Assembly: GCA_963665325.3 (NCBI GenBank)
Contig: CAXXWS020000003.1
Span: forward strand, 512,001 to 576,000
From: Alphaproteobacteria bacterium
GTDB lineage: Bacteria; Pseudomonadota; Alphaproteobacteria; Bin95
DNA length: 64,000 bases
Reading direction: 5' to 3'
Of this stretch, positions 6,929 through 15,860 are shown in pieces. Position 1 is the first letter of the stretch; every line of letters begins with the position of its first letter. The notes beneath the pieces were generated by a model, which saw only the letters and a list, made by a program, of their open reading frames with translations, did no database searches and was not told where the DNA came from. A program made the translations under genes and the position numbers.

Positions 6929-8802
6929 CGCGGATCAACACGCTCAAGACCTCGTTCGGCGCGGGCGAGCTCGCGCCGCGCCTCGCGGGGCGTCCGGACC
7001 TCGCCGCCTATCGCGACGGCGCGCGCCGGCTCCGCAATGTTGCGGTCCATGCGACGGGCGGTCTGTCGCGGCGGCCGGGGCTCGCCTTCGTCGAGGCCGC
7101 GCCCGGACCCGGCCGGCTCGCCGCCTTCGAGTTCAACACGGAGGAGAGCTACCTGCTGCTGTTCACCGACCGGGCGCTGCGCATCTACAGAAACGGCAAC
7201 CGGACCGCTCTCATTGCCGCACCCTGGCGGGAAGCGGACCTGGCGCAGATCAACTGGACGCAGACGGCGGACACGCTGCTGGTCGTCCATCCCGACTACC
7301 CGCCGCAGACCGTGACGCGCCGGGCGGGGGAGGACTGGCGGATCGCGCCCTGGGAATGGGCCGGGCGCGCCGGCAGGTCGGGGCAGCCCTACCACCGCTA
7401 CGCTCCGCCTTCGGTCACGCTCGCGCCGTCCGGGGCCTCGGGACGCATCCGCTTGACGGCGTCGGCGGATGTCTTCGCGGCCGAGGATACGGGCCAGGTC
7501 TTCCGGATCGGCGCAGACGAGGTTCGGATCGTGCAGGTCGTGTCGGCCACGGAGGTGGAAGCGGATGCGGTCGGCACGCTTTCGGGCGGAACGGCAGCGA
7601 CAGCGGACTGGCGCGAGCCCGCCTTCTCGCCCCGGCGCGGCTGGCCGGTCTCGGTCGTGTTCCACCAGAACCGGCTGGTCATCGGCGGCGCGCGCTCCCT
7701 GCCGGACCGGATCTGGCTCTCGCGCACAGGGGCCTTCTTCGACTTCGACACCGGCACGGGGCTCGACGACGAGGCCATCGCCTTCCCGCTGCTCGCGGAC
7801 CAGGCGAATGCGGTGCGCGCGGTCGTCTCCGGGCGGCATCTGCAGGTTTTCACCTCAGGCGCGGAATGGGCCGTCTACGGCGACCCGCTGACCCCCGCCT
7901 CGATCCAGCTTCGCCGGCAGACGCGCATCGGCTCGCCGGCCGACCGCGCCGTCCGCCCGGTCGATGTCGAGGGGGCGGTGCTTTTCCTTGCCCGCAACGG
8001 GCGGGAGCTGCGCGAGTTCCTGTTTGCCGATGCCGAGCTCGCCTACCGGGCGCAGGACCTGGCGTTGCTCGCGAGCCATCTGTTCGCAGCACCGGCGGAG
8101 CTGGCCTGGGACGGCGCATCCCGGCGCCTGCTGGTCGTCATGGGCGACGGTTCGATCGCCGCGCTTACCGCCTGGCGGGCGGAGGGCATCCATGCCTGGA
8201 CACGGTTCGAGACCGACGGGGCGTTCCGGTCGGCCGCGGTTGCGGGCGGCGCGGCCTGGGCGCTGGTCGAGCGCGAGGGCCGGTTCTCGGTAGAGCGTTT
8301 CGACGAGGTGCTCGGCGTGGACGCGGCGGTCTCCGGGACGGCGCCGAACCCCACCCGCGCCTGGGGCGGCCTCGCCCATCTGGAAGGGCGGACGGTCGCG
8401 GCCGTCGCGGACGGACGGGCGCTCCCGGGGCTCCGGGTCTCGGGCGGACGCATCCTGCTCGACGCTCCGGCGGGCCATGTGCAGGCCGGCCTCGCCTTTG
8501 CGCACAGGGTCGAACCGCTCGTTCCCGGCGTCCAGCTTGCGCGCGGCGCGATGCAGGGCGTGGCGCACCGGGCCGTGCGGGTGGTGCTGCGCCTCGAGAG
8601 CACCGAGGCGCTTCGGTGCGACACGGGCTTCGGATTTCGCCGGGCCGCGCTCGGCGACGACCCTTTCACGGGCGACATCTCCCTCGGCGCGGGCGGCTGG
8701 CGGCGCGACGGCGCGGCGCCGCTCTGGCGAATCGAGGACGAGAGCCCGCTTCCCTTCCACCTCCTTTCCGCTTCAACCGAACTCAAGGTGACCGACATAT
8801 GA
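6925..8802 (+). CDS. tail tubular protein B / nozzle (T7 gp12-like)
   Basis: SFGAGELAPRL.GR.D, GGLSRRPG, WTQTADTL, GWPVSVVFHQNRLV, IWLSRTG, AWTRF; translationally coupled to the previous gene. Confidence 0.9.
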   Translation: MTRINTLKTSFGAGELAPRLAGRPDLAAYRDGARRLRNVAVHATGGLSRRPGLAFVEAAPGPGRLAAFEFNTEESYLLLFTDRALRIYRNGNRTALIAAPWREADLAQINWTQTADTLLVVHPDYPPQTVTRRAGEDWRIAPWEWAGRAGRSGQPYHRYAPPSVTLAPSGASGRIRLTASADVFAAEDTGQVFRIGADEVRIVQVVSATEVEADAVGTLSGGTAATADWREPAFSPRRGWPVSVVFHQNRLVIGGARSLPDRIWLSRTGAFFDFDTGTGLDDEAIAFPLLADQANAVRAVVSGRHLQVFTSGAEWAVYGDPLTPASIQLRRQTRIGSPADRAVRPVDVEGAVLFLARNGRELREFLFADAELAYRAQDLALLASHLFAAPAELAWDGASRRLLVVMGDGSIAALTAWRAEGIHAWTRFETDGAFRSAAVAGGAAWALVEREGRFSVERFDEVLGVDAAVSGTAPNPTRAWGGLAHLEGRTVAAVADGRALPGLRVSGGRILLDAPAGHVQAGLAFAHRVEPLVPGVQLARGAMQGVAHRAVRVVLRLESTEALRCDTGFGFRRAALGDDPFTGDISLGAGGWRRDGAAPLWRIEDESPLPFHLLSASTELKVTDI

Positions 8803-9215
8803 GCGCACTTCTTCCCGTAGCCCTGGCGGCGGGCAATGCCCTGCTCGCCGAAGCCTCCGCCGCCGAGACGGCCTCCCGGCGCCGCGCCGCCGCGAATGCC
8901 CAGGCGGCCGACCTCCGCGCCCGCACGGACGAACGGGAACGCCTGCGCCGCCGCCGGCTGAAGCAGGCGCTCGCCCGGGCCCGGGCGCGGTTCGGCGCGG
9001 CCGGCACCGGCTCCGCCGGCGGGTCCGCCGCCGCCCTGCTCGGAGGGCTTGCGGCCGAAAGCGAGCGGGAGGGCCGCCATGCCGGGAATGCGGCCTCCCG
9101 CCGGCTCGCCGCGCTCGGGGCCGACCGGGCCCATGCGGGCCGGCTCGACCGGCTGGGCCTCCTGCGCCGCGCGGGCGGGCTGCTCGCGCCGCGTCCCGCG
9201 GGGCGGCGCGGCTGA
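8799..9215 (+). CDS. putative internal virion (ejection) protein, gp14-like
   Basis: ATGA overlap with tail tubular B; Ala/Arg-rich helical protein with ARARFGAAGTGSAGGS; lies where internal core proteins usually sit. Confidence 0.55.
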   Translation: MSALLPVALAAGNALLAEASAAETASRRRAAANAQAADLRARTDERERLRRRRLKQALARARARFGAAGTGSAGGSAAALLGGLAAESEREGRHAGNAASRRLAALGADRAHAGRLDRLGLLRRAGGLLAPRPAGRRG

Positions 9216-9227
9216 CGGGCGGCGGCC

Positions 9228-9407
9228 TTGGATGCGCTCTCACTCCGGGTCTTCGCCGAATACGGGCCGCTCGCCCTCGGCTGGGGGCTCGCGGCCTGGC
9301 TGCTGCACCGCGATGCCCGCGGCCGCCAGCAAGTGCTCGATGTCATCGTCGCCAACACGCGCGCGCTCGCCGTGCTGGCCGAGAAGATCGACGCGCTCAG
9401 GCGGTAG
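9228..9407 (+). CDS. small TM + coiled-coil protein (holin-like), 59 aa, below the ORF-track cutoff
   Basis: TTG start; MDALSLRVFAEYGPLALGWGLAAWLLHRD...NTRALAVLAEKIDALRR. Confidence 0.55.
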   Translation: MDALSLRVFAEYGPLALGWGLAAWLLHRDARGRQQVLDVIVANTRALAVLAEKIDALRR

Positions 9408-9417
9408 CGGGGGCCGC

Positions 9418-9461
9418 CCTTCGATACGCGCCCGCTTGCGCGGTCGCTACTCAGGGTGAGG
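9418..9461. repeat. REP-like element (CTTCGATACGC...GCTACTCAGG.TGAGG)
   Basis: Near-identical to 13833-13876 and to the reverse complement at ~49580-49623. Confidence 0.75.
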
Positions 9462-9566
9462 GAAAAGCCGGGAGTGGCGGTCCGGGCCCTCCCTCTTCGC
9501 GAGTAGCGGCGCTCCCCGGCTACCGGCCGCTGCTTACGATCCGCTATCCAATCCAACGGAGGTTCG

Positions 9567-9676
9567 ATGAACCCCACCTTCCCTGCTTTTCTCGATGCCT
9601 GGAACCGCAGCCAGAATCTGGCGACGCCCGCGCTTCACCGGAACATCGCCGAATGGTTCGGCCGCCGGATCGCTAG
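9567..9676 (+). pseudogene. N-terminal fragment of the large terminase gene, cut off by IS1634
   Basis: RBS GGAGG, ATG 9567, MNPTFPAFLDAWNRSQNLATPALHRNIAEWFGRRIA. Joins in frame to 11751 onward (R-G-T-R-R-MLLLAFRGSGKST) once the IS and one CTAG copy are removed. Confidence 0.85.
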
Positions 9677-11746
9677 CCCAAGTTTAACAGAGCATTTTGA
9701 AGATCATTGATTATCAATGCCTTACGGAGCAATAATTTCGCGTCTGGCACTACATTTCGGTTATTTCGCCCGGTTCGGGATCAGACGATCATTTTCCTGA
9801 TGCCTCCAGGGGCGGGGTCGATGCCGAGCGCGCGATAGATTTCTTGCTGTTCGGGCTCGGCCCGTGTGGCCTTGCGGACATGCAAGGTGCGTCCGTCCTT
9901 GCGCCTGAAGGTCGCGGTGACCCGCTGCTGGCCTTCGAGGATGGCTCGCAGGCTGGCCCAGCTGGCGTGTTCGCCGTGCTCGGCGAGGCGCCGGCGGATG
10001 GTCTGCACCATCTGGTAGGCGATCACGGTGATGAACAGGTGGCCGTCGGAGCGCCTCTGGGTCTGGTGGAAGATGGGGCGCAGGCCGAGTTCCGACTTGA
10101 GCGATCGGAACACCGCCTCCACATCGGTGAGCGAGGTATAGGTCCGCCACAGCGCCTCCTCGTCCCAGTCCTCGACGTTGGTGCGCAGGCAGTAAACGCC
10201 GGGATGGGTGGCCATGGTGCCGGCGAGCGGGCGGCGCTCCCATGTGACGGCCCGGGCCTTCTCGCCGCTTTCGTCGGCGATGACGTCGATGTCGTAGTGG
10301 GCCGCGGCGCCGCGGCTCTTCTCCCTGATCCGGCCGATCCGCTGCCAGACATGGTCGAGCCGCTTGCGGGTGCGCGGCCGCTTGAGGCCGTCGTGGAGCT
10401 TCTGCATCTCGCCCTCGAAGCGCGCGGCGAAGCGGTTTGCGATGCCCTGTTCCTTCTTCGCCCGCGCCTCGGAGTAGCAGTAGAGCCGCGCCTCTCCAGC
10501 TTCGGCGTCGACCGCCTTGTGGACATGGACCGTCTGGCGCGACCGGGTCTCGATGGCCAGCGCCAGCTCGGGATCGAAGCGGCGGGTGCGTTCCCGGCTG
10601 ACCGCGAGATAGCGGTAGCCGTTCGCGCGCAGCCAGGCGATGTTGGCCTCGGTGGCGATCCCCGCATCCATCACCACCAGCGCGTCCGCCGGCGCGCCCA
10701 GGGCGCCGAGCATCGACGCCAGGGTCCTGTCTTCGTTGACCGCGCCCGAGAACACCTCGGAGCGGCGCACGAAGCCCGAGCCGTCGAGCACCAGCCCCAG
10801 GGTCAAGAGCGGGCAATCCGAGCGCTTCTCCTTGGAATGGCCGCGTTCGGCCTTGGCCTGGGCCGCCGCCGCGCCCTCGAAGAAGGTGTTGGTCAGGTCG
10901 TACAGCGTCACCGTGTGGCGCAGGCCGAACAGATCCGTCGCCCGATCGAACAGATGCGCCTCGATCGCCGCGCGCTGCGCCATCAGGGCGTCGGAGGCGC
11001 GGTACAGGCGCATCATGCTCATGCGCTCGAAGTCCACCCCCAGCAACTCGCCGAGCGCCGAACGCTCGCACAGCCAGCGCCAGGAGGCGCGCTCCGAGCC
11101 CGGCGCCGCCATGCGCGCGATCACGGTGGCCATGGCGAGCGCGCGCTGCGTGCCGTTGAAGCCCAGGCGCTCCAGCAAAGCCTCCAGGCCGAGCCGCTCC
11201 ATGGCCCACAGCCCGACATGCTCGACGCCGACCGAACGCGGGCGGATCAGCTCCAGGGAGCCGACATCCACCGTCTGCAGGTCAGGGCGCCCGGTCCCGC
11301 CGGACGGCGCGCTGTTGAGCAATTGCGCGGCGATGCGCTGGGCGTGCCGCTCGACCTCCTCCGGACAGGACAGCGAAACCAGCTCGGCCTGGCGGTCGAG
11401 CTGCTGCTGGATCCGGCTGCACAGCACCGCCCAGTGCCGCCGCTCGACAGGGAAGTCGCTCCCCAGGTTGAGCAGGGTGCGCTGGCGGATCTTCCCGCCG
11501 TCGCGCTCCGAGCGAACAAGGCGATGGGAATAATAGACCTCGCCGCGCTCGCCGGTTCCGGTCCTGGTGCGGCGAATGAACATGGCGCACAGCATAGGAG
11601 CGGGCGCAAGGTCTCGAAATCCCCAAGTGAAAATATTATGGCACTACATTGCGCCCCCGGAAACCTCAATCCAGCAATATCAATGGCTTGATGACACCGC
11701 GCCGGCCAACCTCGACAAAATCGGCCACCAAAACGTTAAACTTGGG
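9677..11746 (-). mobile_element. IS1634-family insertion sequence, complete
   Basis: Terminal inverted repeats CCCAAGTTTAAC (9677-9688) and GTTAAACTTGGG (11735-11746), flanked by a CTAG direct repeat (9673-9676, 11747-11750). Confidence 0.92.
9781..11583 (-). CDS. IS1634-family DDE transposase
   Basis: MFIRRT..., LYDLTNTFFEG, GHSKEKRSDCPL, VVMDAGIAT, VEAVFRSLKSELGLRPIFH. Confidence 0.92.
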   Translation of the reverse strand: MFIRRTRTGTGERGEVYYSHRLVRSERDGGKIRQRTLLNLGSDFPVERRHWAVLCSRIQQQLDRQAELVSLSCPEEVERHAQRIAAQLLNSAPSGGTGRPDLQTVDVGSLELIRPRSVGVEHVGLWAMERLGLEALLERLGFNGTQRALAMATVIARMAAPGSERASWRWLCERSALGELLGVDFERMSMMRLYRASDALMAQRAAIEAHLFDRATDLFGLRHTVTLYDLTNTFFEGAAAAQAKAERGHSKEKRSDCPLLTLGLVLDGSGFVRRSEVFSGAVNEDRTLASMLGALGAPADALVVMDAGIATEANIAWLRANGYRYLAVSRERTRRFDPELALAIETRSRQTVHVHKAVDAEAGEARLYCYSEARAKKEQGIANRFAARFEGEMQKLHDGLKRPRTRKRLDHVWQRIGRIREKSRGAAAHYDIDVIADESGEKARAVTWERRPLAGTMATHPGVYCLRTNVEDWDEEALWRTYTSLTDVEAVFRSLKSELGLRPIFHQTQRRSDGHLFITVIAYQMVQTIRRRLAEHGEHASWASLRAILEGQQRVTATFRRKDGRTLHVRKATRAEPEQQEIYRALGIDPAPGGIRKMIV

Positions 11747-11763
11747 CTAGGGGTACGCGGCGC

Positions 11764-13107
11764 ATGCTGCTGCTGGCCTTCCGGGGCTCCGGCAAATCGA
11801 CCCTGCTCGGCCTGCTTGCGGCCTGGATGCTCAGGCGCGACCCGGACCGGCGCATCCTGGTGCTGGCGGCGGAGGCGGCGCTGGCGTCCAAGACGGTGCG
11901 CACGGTGCGCCGCATCCTGGAGCGCCATCCGCTGACGGAAGCGCTCCGGCCCGACCGGCCCGAGGAATGGGCGGCCGACCGGCTGACCGTGCCGCGCCGG
12001 CTCGTCTCGCGCGACCCCTCGCTGCTGGCGCGCGGCATCGGTGCCAATATCACCGGAAGCCATGCCGATATTGCGATCTGCGACGATGTCGAGGTGCCCA
12101 ACACCTGCGGCACGCCGGCGAAGCGGGCCGACCTGCGCGCCCGGCTCTCGGAGATCGACTATGTGCTGAGCCCCGGCGGCTTCCAGATCTACAGCGGCAC
12201 GCCGCACAGCTACTACTCCATCTATGCCGGGGACCCGCGGCCGGAGGAAGGCGACAAACGGCCGTTCCTGCACGACTTCCGACGGAAGGAGAAGAAACTC
12301 ACGAAGAATGCGTGGCCGGAACGCTTTCCGGCGAAAACGATCCGTGCGATCCGCAAGCGCGCGGGCCCGGCGCGCTTTGCGAGCCAGATGCTGCTCGAGC
12401 CCGTGCAGTCGGAGGACGGACGGCTGAACGCCGAATGGCTGCGCCGCTACGAGGAGGCGATCGACTACAGCGAGGTGAACGGCAAGCCCGTGCTGCGACT
12501 GGCCGGCCGGCGGCTGGTCTCCGCCTCGGCCTGGCTGGACCCCTCCTTCGGCAGGCGGGACAAGGGCGACGCCTGCGTTCTCGCCGCGGTGTTCACCGAC
12601 GAGGACGGCCGGCGCCTGCTGCACCGGGTGGCCTATCTCTATTACGACCCGAAGAACGACCGCGACGGCGCGGCGAAGCAGTTGTGCCGGCAGGCGGCCG
12701 CCCATGCGCGCAAGCTGCTGCTGCCGGTCGTCCATGTGGAGTCCAACGGCATGGGGGCATGGATCCCGAAAATCCTGGAACGGGAACTGGCGCGCGAGGG
12801 GCACGGCGCCACGGTCATCGGCATCCCCAACAGCCGGCCGAAGCATGAGCGCATCCTGGAGGCATTCGATGCGCCGCTCGCCGCCAATGCGCTGTGGGCC
12901 CATGCCAGCGTGTTCAAGTCCTCCTTCCTGCGCGAACTGAGGGAATGGCGGCCGGAGAACCGGAACGGCCCTGACGACGGGCTGGACGCAGCCGCCTGCG
13001 CGTTGCTGGCGGAGCCGGACCGCATCCGCCGGCTCGGCCGCGCGCCGCGCCTGGAATGGCGGGAGCACGCAAGCCCCGGCCGGGCCCGCACCGATTTCCG
13101 CATCTGA
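11764..13107 (+). CDS. terminase large subunit (T7 gp19-like), C-terminal 447 aa after the IS
   Basis: Walker A AFRGSGKST, Walker B IAICDDVE, GTP coupling motif, nuclease motifs WLDPSFG / VESNG / DDGLDA. Confidence 0.9.
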   Translation: MLLLAFRGSGKSTLLGLLAAWMLRRDPDRRILVLAAEAALASKTVRTVRRILERHPLTEALRPDRPEEWAADRLTVPRRLVSRDPSLLARGIGANITGSHADIAICDDVEVPNTCGTPAKRADLRARLSEIDYVLSPGGFQIYSGTPHSYYSIYAGDPRPEEGDKRPFLHDFRRKEKKLTKNAWPERFPAKTIRAIRKRAGPARFASQMLLEPVQSEDGRLNAEWLRRYEEAIDYSEVNGKPVLRLAGRRLVSASAWLDPSFGRRDKGDACVLAAVFTDEDGRRLLHRVAYLYYDPKNDRDGAAKQLCRQAAAHARKLLLPVVHVESNGMGAWIPKILERELAREGHGATVIGIPNSRPKHERILEAFDAPLAANALWAHASVFKSSFLRELREWRPENRNGPDDGLDAAACALLAEPDRIRRLGRAPRLEWREHASPGRARTDFRI

Positions 13108-13123
13108 CGAAGGAGGAAACCCC

Positions 13124-13672
13124 ATGATTCCCGCACTTCTCGCCCGGATCGGGCTGCCGCTGATCGCGCGCCTCGCCGGCGCCGGCCTGGAGGCGCTCGA
13201 CAACCCGGCGGCCGACGCCGCCGCAAAGGCGCTCCGCGAGGTGGACGGCGTGCTTCGCAGCGGCGGCGTCGCCCCGGAGGCGCTCGAGGCCGCGAACCGG
13301 CGCATCGAGGTGAAGGCGCGCTCGCGTGAGGCGCAGACCGCCTGGCGCGAGGTCAACGCCACCATGCGCGCCGAGACCCGTGCCGAGGATGCCTATGTGC
13401 GCCGCTGGCGGCCGACCTTCGGCTATGCGGTGACGGCCGCCTGGGCGCTGCAGATGGCCGCCATCGCCTGGGCGGTGGTCGCCCACCCGCCGGACGCGCC
13501 GGCGATCCTGGCGGCCGCAGCCTCGCTCAGCGCCATGTGGGGCGTGGCGCTGGCGGTGCTGGGCGTGGCCGTGCATGAACGCTCGCGCGACAAGGCGCTC
13601 GCCGCCGGCCAGCCTGCTTCCGGTCTCGCGAGCCTGGCCGCCGCCCTGCTGGACCGCCGGAAGGCGGAGTAA
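13124..13672 (+). CDS. 3-TM holin (GTA_holin_3TM-like)
   Basis: DAYVRRWRPTFGY followed by hydrophobic helices and LGVAVHERS.DK; RBS AGGAGG. Confidence 0.8.
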   Translation: MIPALLARIGLPLIARLAGAGLEALDNPAADAAAKALREVDGVLRSGGVAPEALEAANRRIEVKARSREAQTAWREVNATMRAETRAEDAYVRRWRPTFGYAVTAAWALQMAAIAWAVVAHPPDAPAILAAAASLSAMWGVALAVLGVAVHERSRDKALAAGQPASGLASLAAALLDRRKAE

Positions 13673-13893
13673 TACCAGCGGCGGTTGCTCGGAACCGATA
13701 GCGAGGGCGCCCCTGCCGTCGGCCCGGTGCTCTTCCACCTCATCCCGAGTAGCGGTGTCAGCCGTTTTCCCCTCATCCCGAGTAGCGGCGCCAGCCGCGT
13801 ATCGAGGGAGGCGTTTCCACCGGCGGGACGGTCCTTCGATACGCACCCGCTGGCGCGGGCGCTACTCAGGATGAGGAGAGGGCCGGGACGCCG
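13669..13893. repeat. ~225-bp composite REP/MITE-like element; inverted copy at 49563-49746
   Basis: GTAATACCAGCGGCGGTTG...GAGGAGAGGGCCGGGACGCCG is near-identical to the reverse complement of 49563-49746. This copy has an extra internal CCTCATCCCGAGTAGCGG duplication. Confidence 0.85.
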
Positions 13894-13903
13894 GCGCCCC
13901 TGC

Positions 13904-14698
13904 TCAGTAGGGGCTGCCGGAGATGTTGCTGTCGGCCATCTTGCCCTTGAGGGCCGCGACCGCGGCCATGGCGCTCATGGCCATCAGGCGGCTGTCATTG
14001 GCGATGGTCGCGAGCTGGAAGCCCTTTTCGAACATCCGCGCGGCGTATTCGGGCGAGCCGCAATGCAGGCCGGCCGGCACGCCGTGCTTCTTCGCGCCTG
14101 CGAGGATGGTGTCGATGGCTGCGACCACCTCCGGCACCTCGGTGTCGAGCTGCGGCGCATGGCCGAGCGAGAGCGAGAGGTCCGACGGGCCGACATAGAT
14201 GCCGTCGAGGCCCGGCGTGGACAGGATGGCGTCCAGATTGTCGATTGCCTGCTGCGTCTCGATCATCGCGATCGCCAGCACCGTGTCGTTGGCATGCTCG
14301 CCGTAGTCCGCGCCGGCATACATGACCGCGCGGATCGGCCCGAAGCTGCGCGAGCCCTTGGGCGCGTAGTTGCAGCAGGCGACCAGCAGCTCGCATTCCG
14401 AGCGGGTGTTGATCATCGGGCAGATGATGCCGTAGCTGCCGGCGTCGAGCAGCTTCTGGATGATGCCCGGCTCCAGCCACGGCACGCGCGCCATGGGCGT
14501 CGCGTCGGAAAGCGAGATCGCCTGCAGCATGGGCACGGCGGCGGTGTAATCGACCATGCCGTGCTGAAGGTCGATGGTGACGCTGTCCCAGCCGCAGCTG
14601 GCCATGACCTCGGCCGAGTAGCCGTTCGGGATCGCGAGCCAGCCATTGACGACCGCGCCGCCGGCTTTCCAGGTTTCGAGGACGTTGTTCTTGCGCAT
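13904..14698 (-). CDS. HpcH/HpaI aldolase family protein
   Basis: DSVTIDLQHG, ARVP, LDAGSYGIICPMI, MIET, YVGPSDLSLSLG. Confidence 0.9.
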   Translation of the reverse strand: MRKNNVLETWKAGGAVVNGWLAIPNGYSAEVMASCGWDSVTIDLQHGMVDYTAAVPMLQAISLSDATPMARVPWLEPGIIQKLLDAGSYGIICPMINTRSECELLVACCNYAPKGSRSFGPIRAVMYAGADYGEHANDTVLAIAMIETQQAIDNLDAILSTPGLDGIYVGPSDLSLSLGHAPQLDTEVPEVVAAIDTILAGAKKHGVPAGLHCGSPEYAARMFEKGFQLATIANDSRLMAMSAMAAVAALKGKMADSNISGSPY

Positions 14699-14712
14699 GT
14701 TTCTTGCGTTCC

Positions 14713-15693
14713 TTAGCCGAGGACTTCCTTGTTGATCACATGGGCGGGGACGGGCTTGCCGTCGAAGACGTCGATGACGTTCTGGCAGGTGACCATAGCC
14801 ATGCGGTCCATCGATTCCTGCGTCACGCCCGCCGAATGGGGCGAGAGCAGCACATTGTCCATGGTGAAGAGCGGGTTGCCGGGGAGCGGCGGCTCCGGGT
14901 CGAACACGTCGATGCCGGCCGCCAGGATGGTCCGGTTCTGCAGCGCCTCGATCAGCGCGGCCTCGTTCACGATGCCGCCGCGCGCGGTGGTGACGACGAT
15001 CGCGGTGGGCTTCATCCGCGCGAGCTGCGCCGCGCCGATCATGCCGTAGGTTTCCTCGTTGCGCGGGCAGTGCACGGTGACGAAATCCGCCTCCGCCAAT
15101 GCCGCGTCGAGATCGTCCACCGGCTCCGCGTCCGCCGCGCGCACCGCCGCTGCATCCGCATAGGGGTCATAGACCTGCACATCCATCTCGAAGCCGACCG
15201 CGCGCTTCACCGTGCGCGAGCCGATGCGACCGAAGCCCACGACCAGAAGCCGCTTTTCGTAGAGATCGAGGGCCGAATACTCGTTCCGGACCCCGAAATT
15301 CCCGGCCGCCACGCCCGCATGGTATTGGCGCGCCATCTTGGCGAGGTCGAGCATCATGAACATGGCGTGCTCGGCCACGGTCACCGAATTGGCGGTGCCG
15401 GCGACCATCAACGGCACGCCGCGCTCGGTCAGCGCCGGCACGTCCACAGAGTCGAAGCCGACGCCGAAGCGCGAGCAGACTTCGAGATTGGGCGTGGCCG
15501 CGATCAGCTCGCGGGTATAGCGCGTGCCGAACAGCGTGATCCCGTGGATATCGCCCAGATGCGCGACCAGATCCAGATCCGGTCCCTCATGGACGATCTC
15601 GACCTCGATGTCGTCGCGCGCCGCAAACAGGTCGAGTCCCGCTTTCGGCATGCCCTGCACGCAGAGCACCTTGCGCATGTTCGTTGCGTTCAT
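14713..15693 (-). CDS. D-2-hydroxyacid dehydrogenase (SerA-like, NAD-binding)
   Basis: RFGVGFD, VAEHA, VVGFGRIG, TARGGIVNE, DVFDPEP, LSPHSAG. Confidence 0.9.
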   Translation of the reverse strand: MNATNMRKVLCVQGMPKAGLDLFAARDDIEVEIVHEGPDLDLVAHLGDIHGITLFGTRYTRELIAATPNLEVCSRFGVGFDSVDVPALTERGVPLMVAGTANSVTVAEHAMFMMLDLAKMARQYHAGVAAGNFGVRNEYSALDLYEKRLLVVGFGRIGSRTVKRAVGFEMDVQVYDPYADAAAVRAADAEPVDDLDAALAEADFVTVHCPRNEETYGMIGAAQLARMKPTAIVVTTARGGIVNEAALIEALQNRTILAAGIDVFDPEPPLPGNPLFTMDNVLLSPHSAGVTQESMDRMAMVTCQNVIDVFDGKPVPAHVINKEVLG

Positions 15694-15720
15694 GGGGAAA
15701 CGCCCCCTCCCGTTCCCTCG

Positions 15721-15773
15721 CGGCGGCGTATAACGCCGCCACCCGAATAATTCGCCGCGTTCCGCGCGGCGGC
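15721..15773. repeat. single intergenic copy of the double-hairpin repeat
   Basis: GGCGGCG-TATAA-CGCCGCC ACCCGAATAAT TCGCCGCG-TTCCG-CGCGGCG; same architecture as the portal unit. Confidence 0.75.
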
Positions 15774-15860
15774 TGCCCCTGCCATAATCCAGCCGGCCGC
15801 GAAATGCAAAGGCGCGCGGGCCGCACTTGGGGGGAGACGGTCTATGACGGAGCCGGCAGC

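Larger units (their letters stand above)
586..13672. mobile_element. T7/podovirus-like virion morphogenesis cluster (candidate gene transfer agent or domesticated/cryptic prophage)
   Basis: Co-oriented portal, scaffold, capsid, tail tubular A/B, terminase and holin genes with a divergent repressor. No integrase, DNA/RNA polymerase or primase seen; flanked by host metabolic genes. Confidence 0.85.

Noticed and set aside
586-13672. Complete inducible prophage
   Set aside because: No integrase, att repeats, replication genes, endolysin or tail fibre were seen, and the terminase is interrupted.
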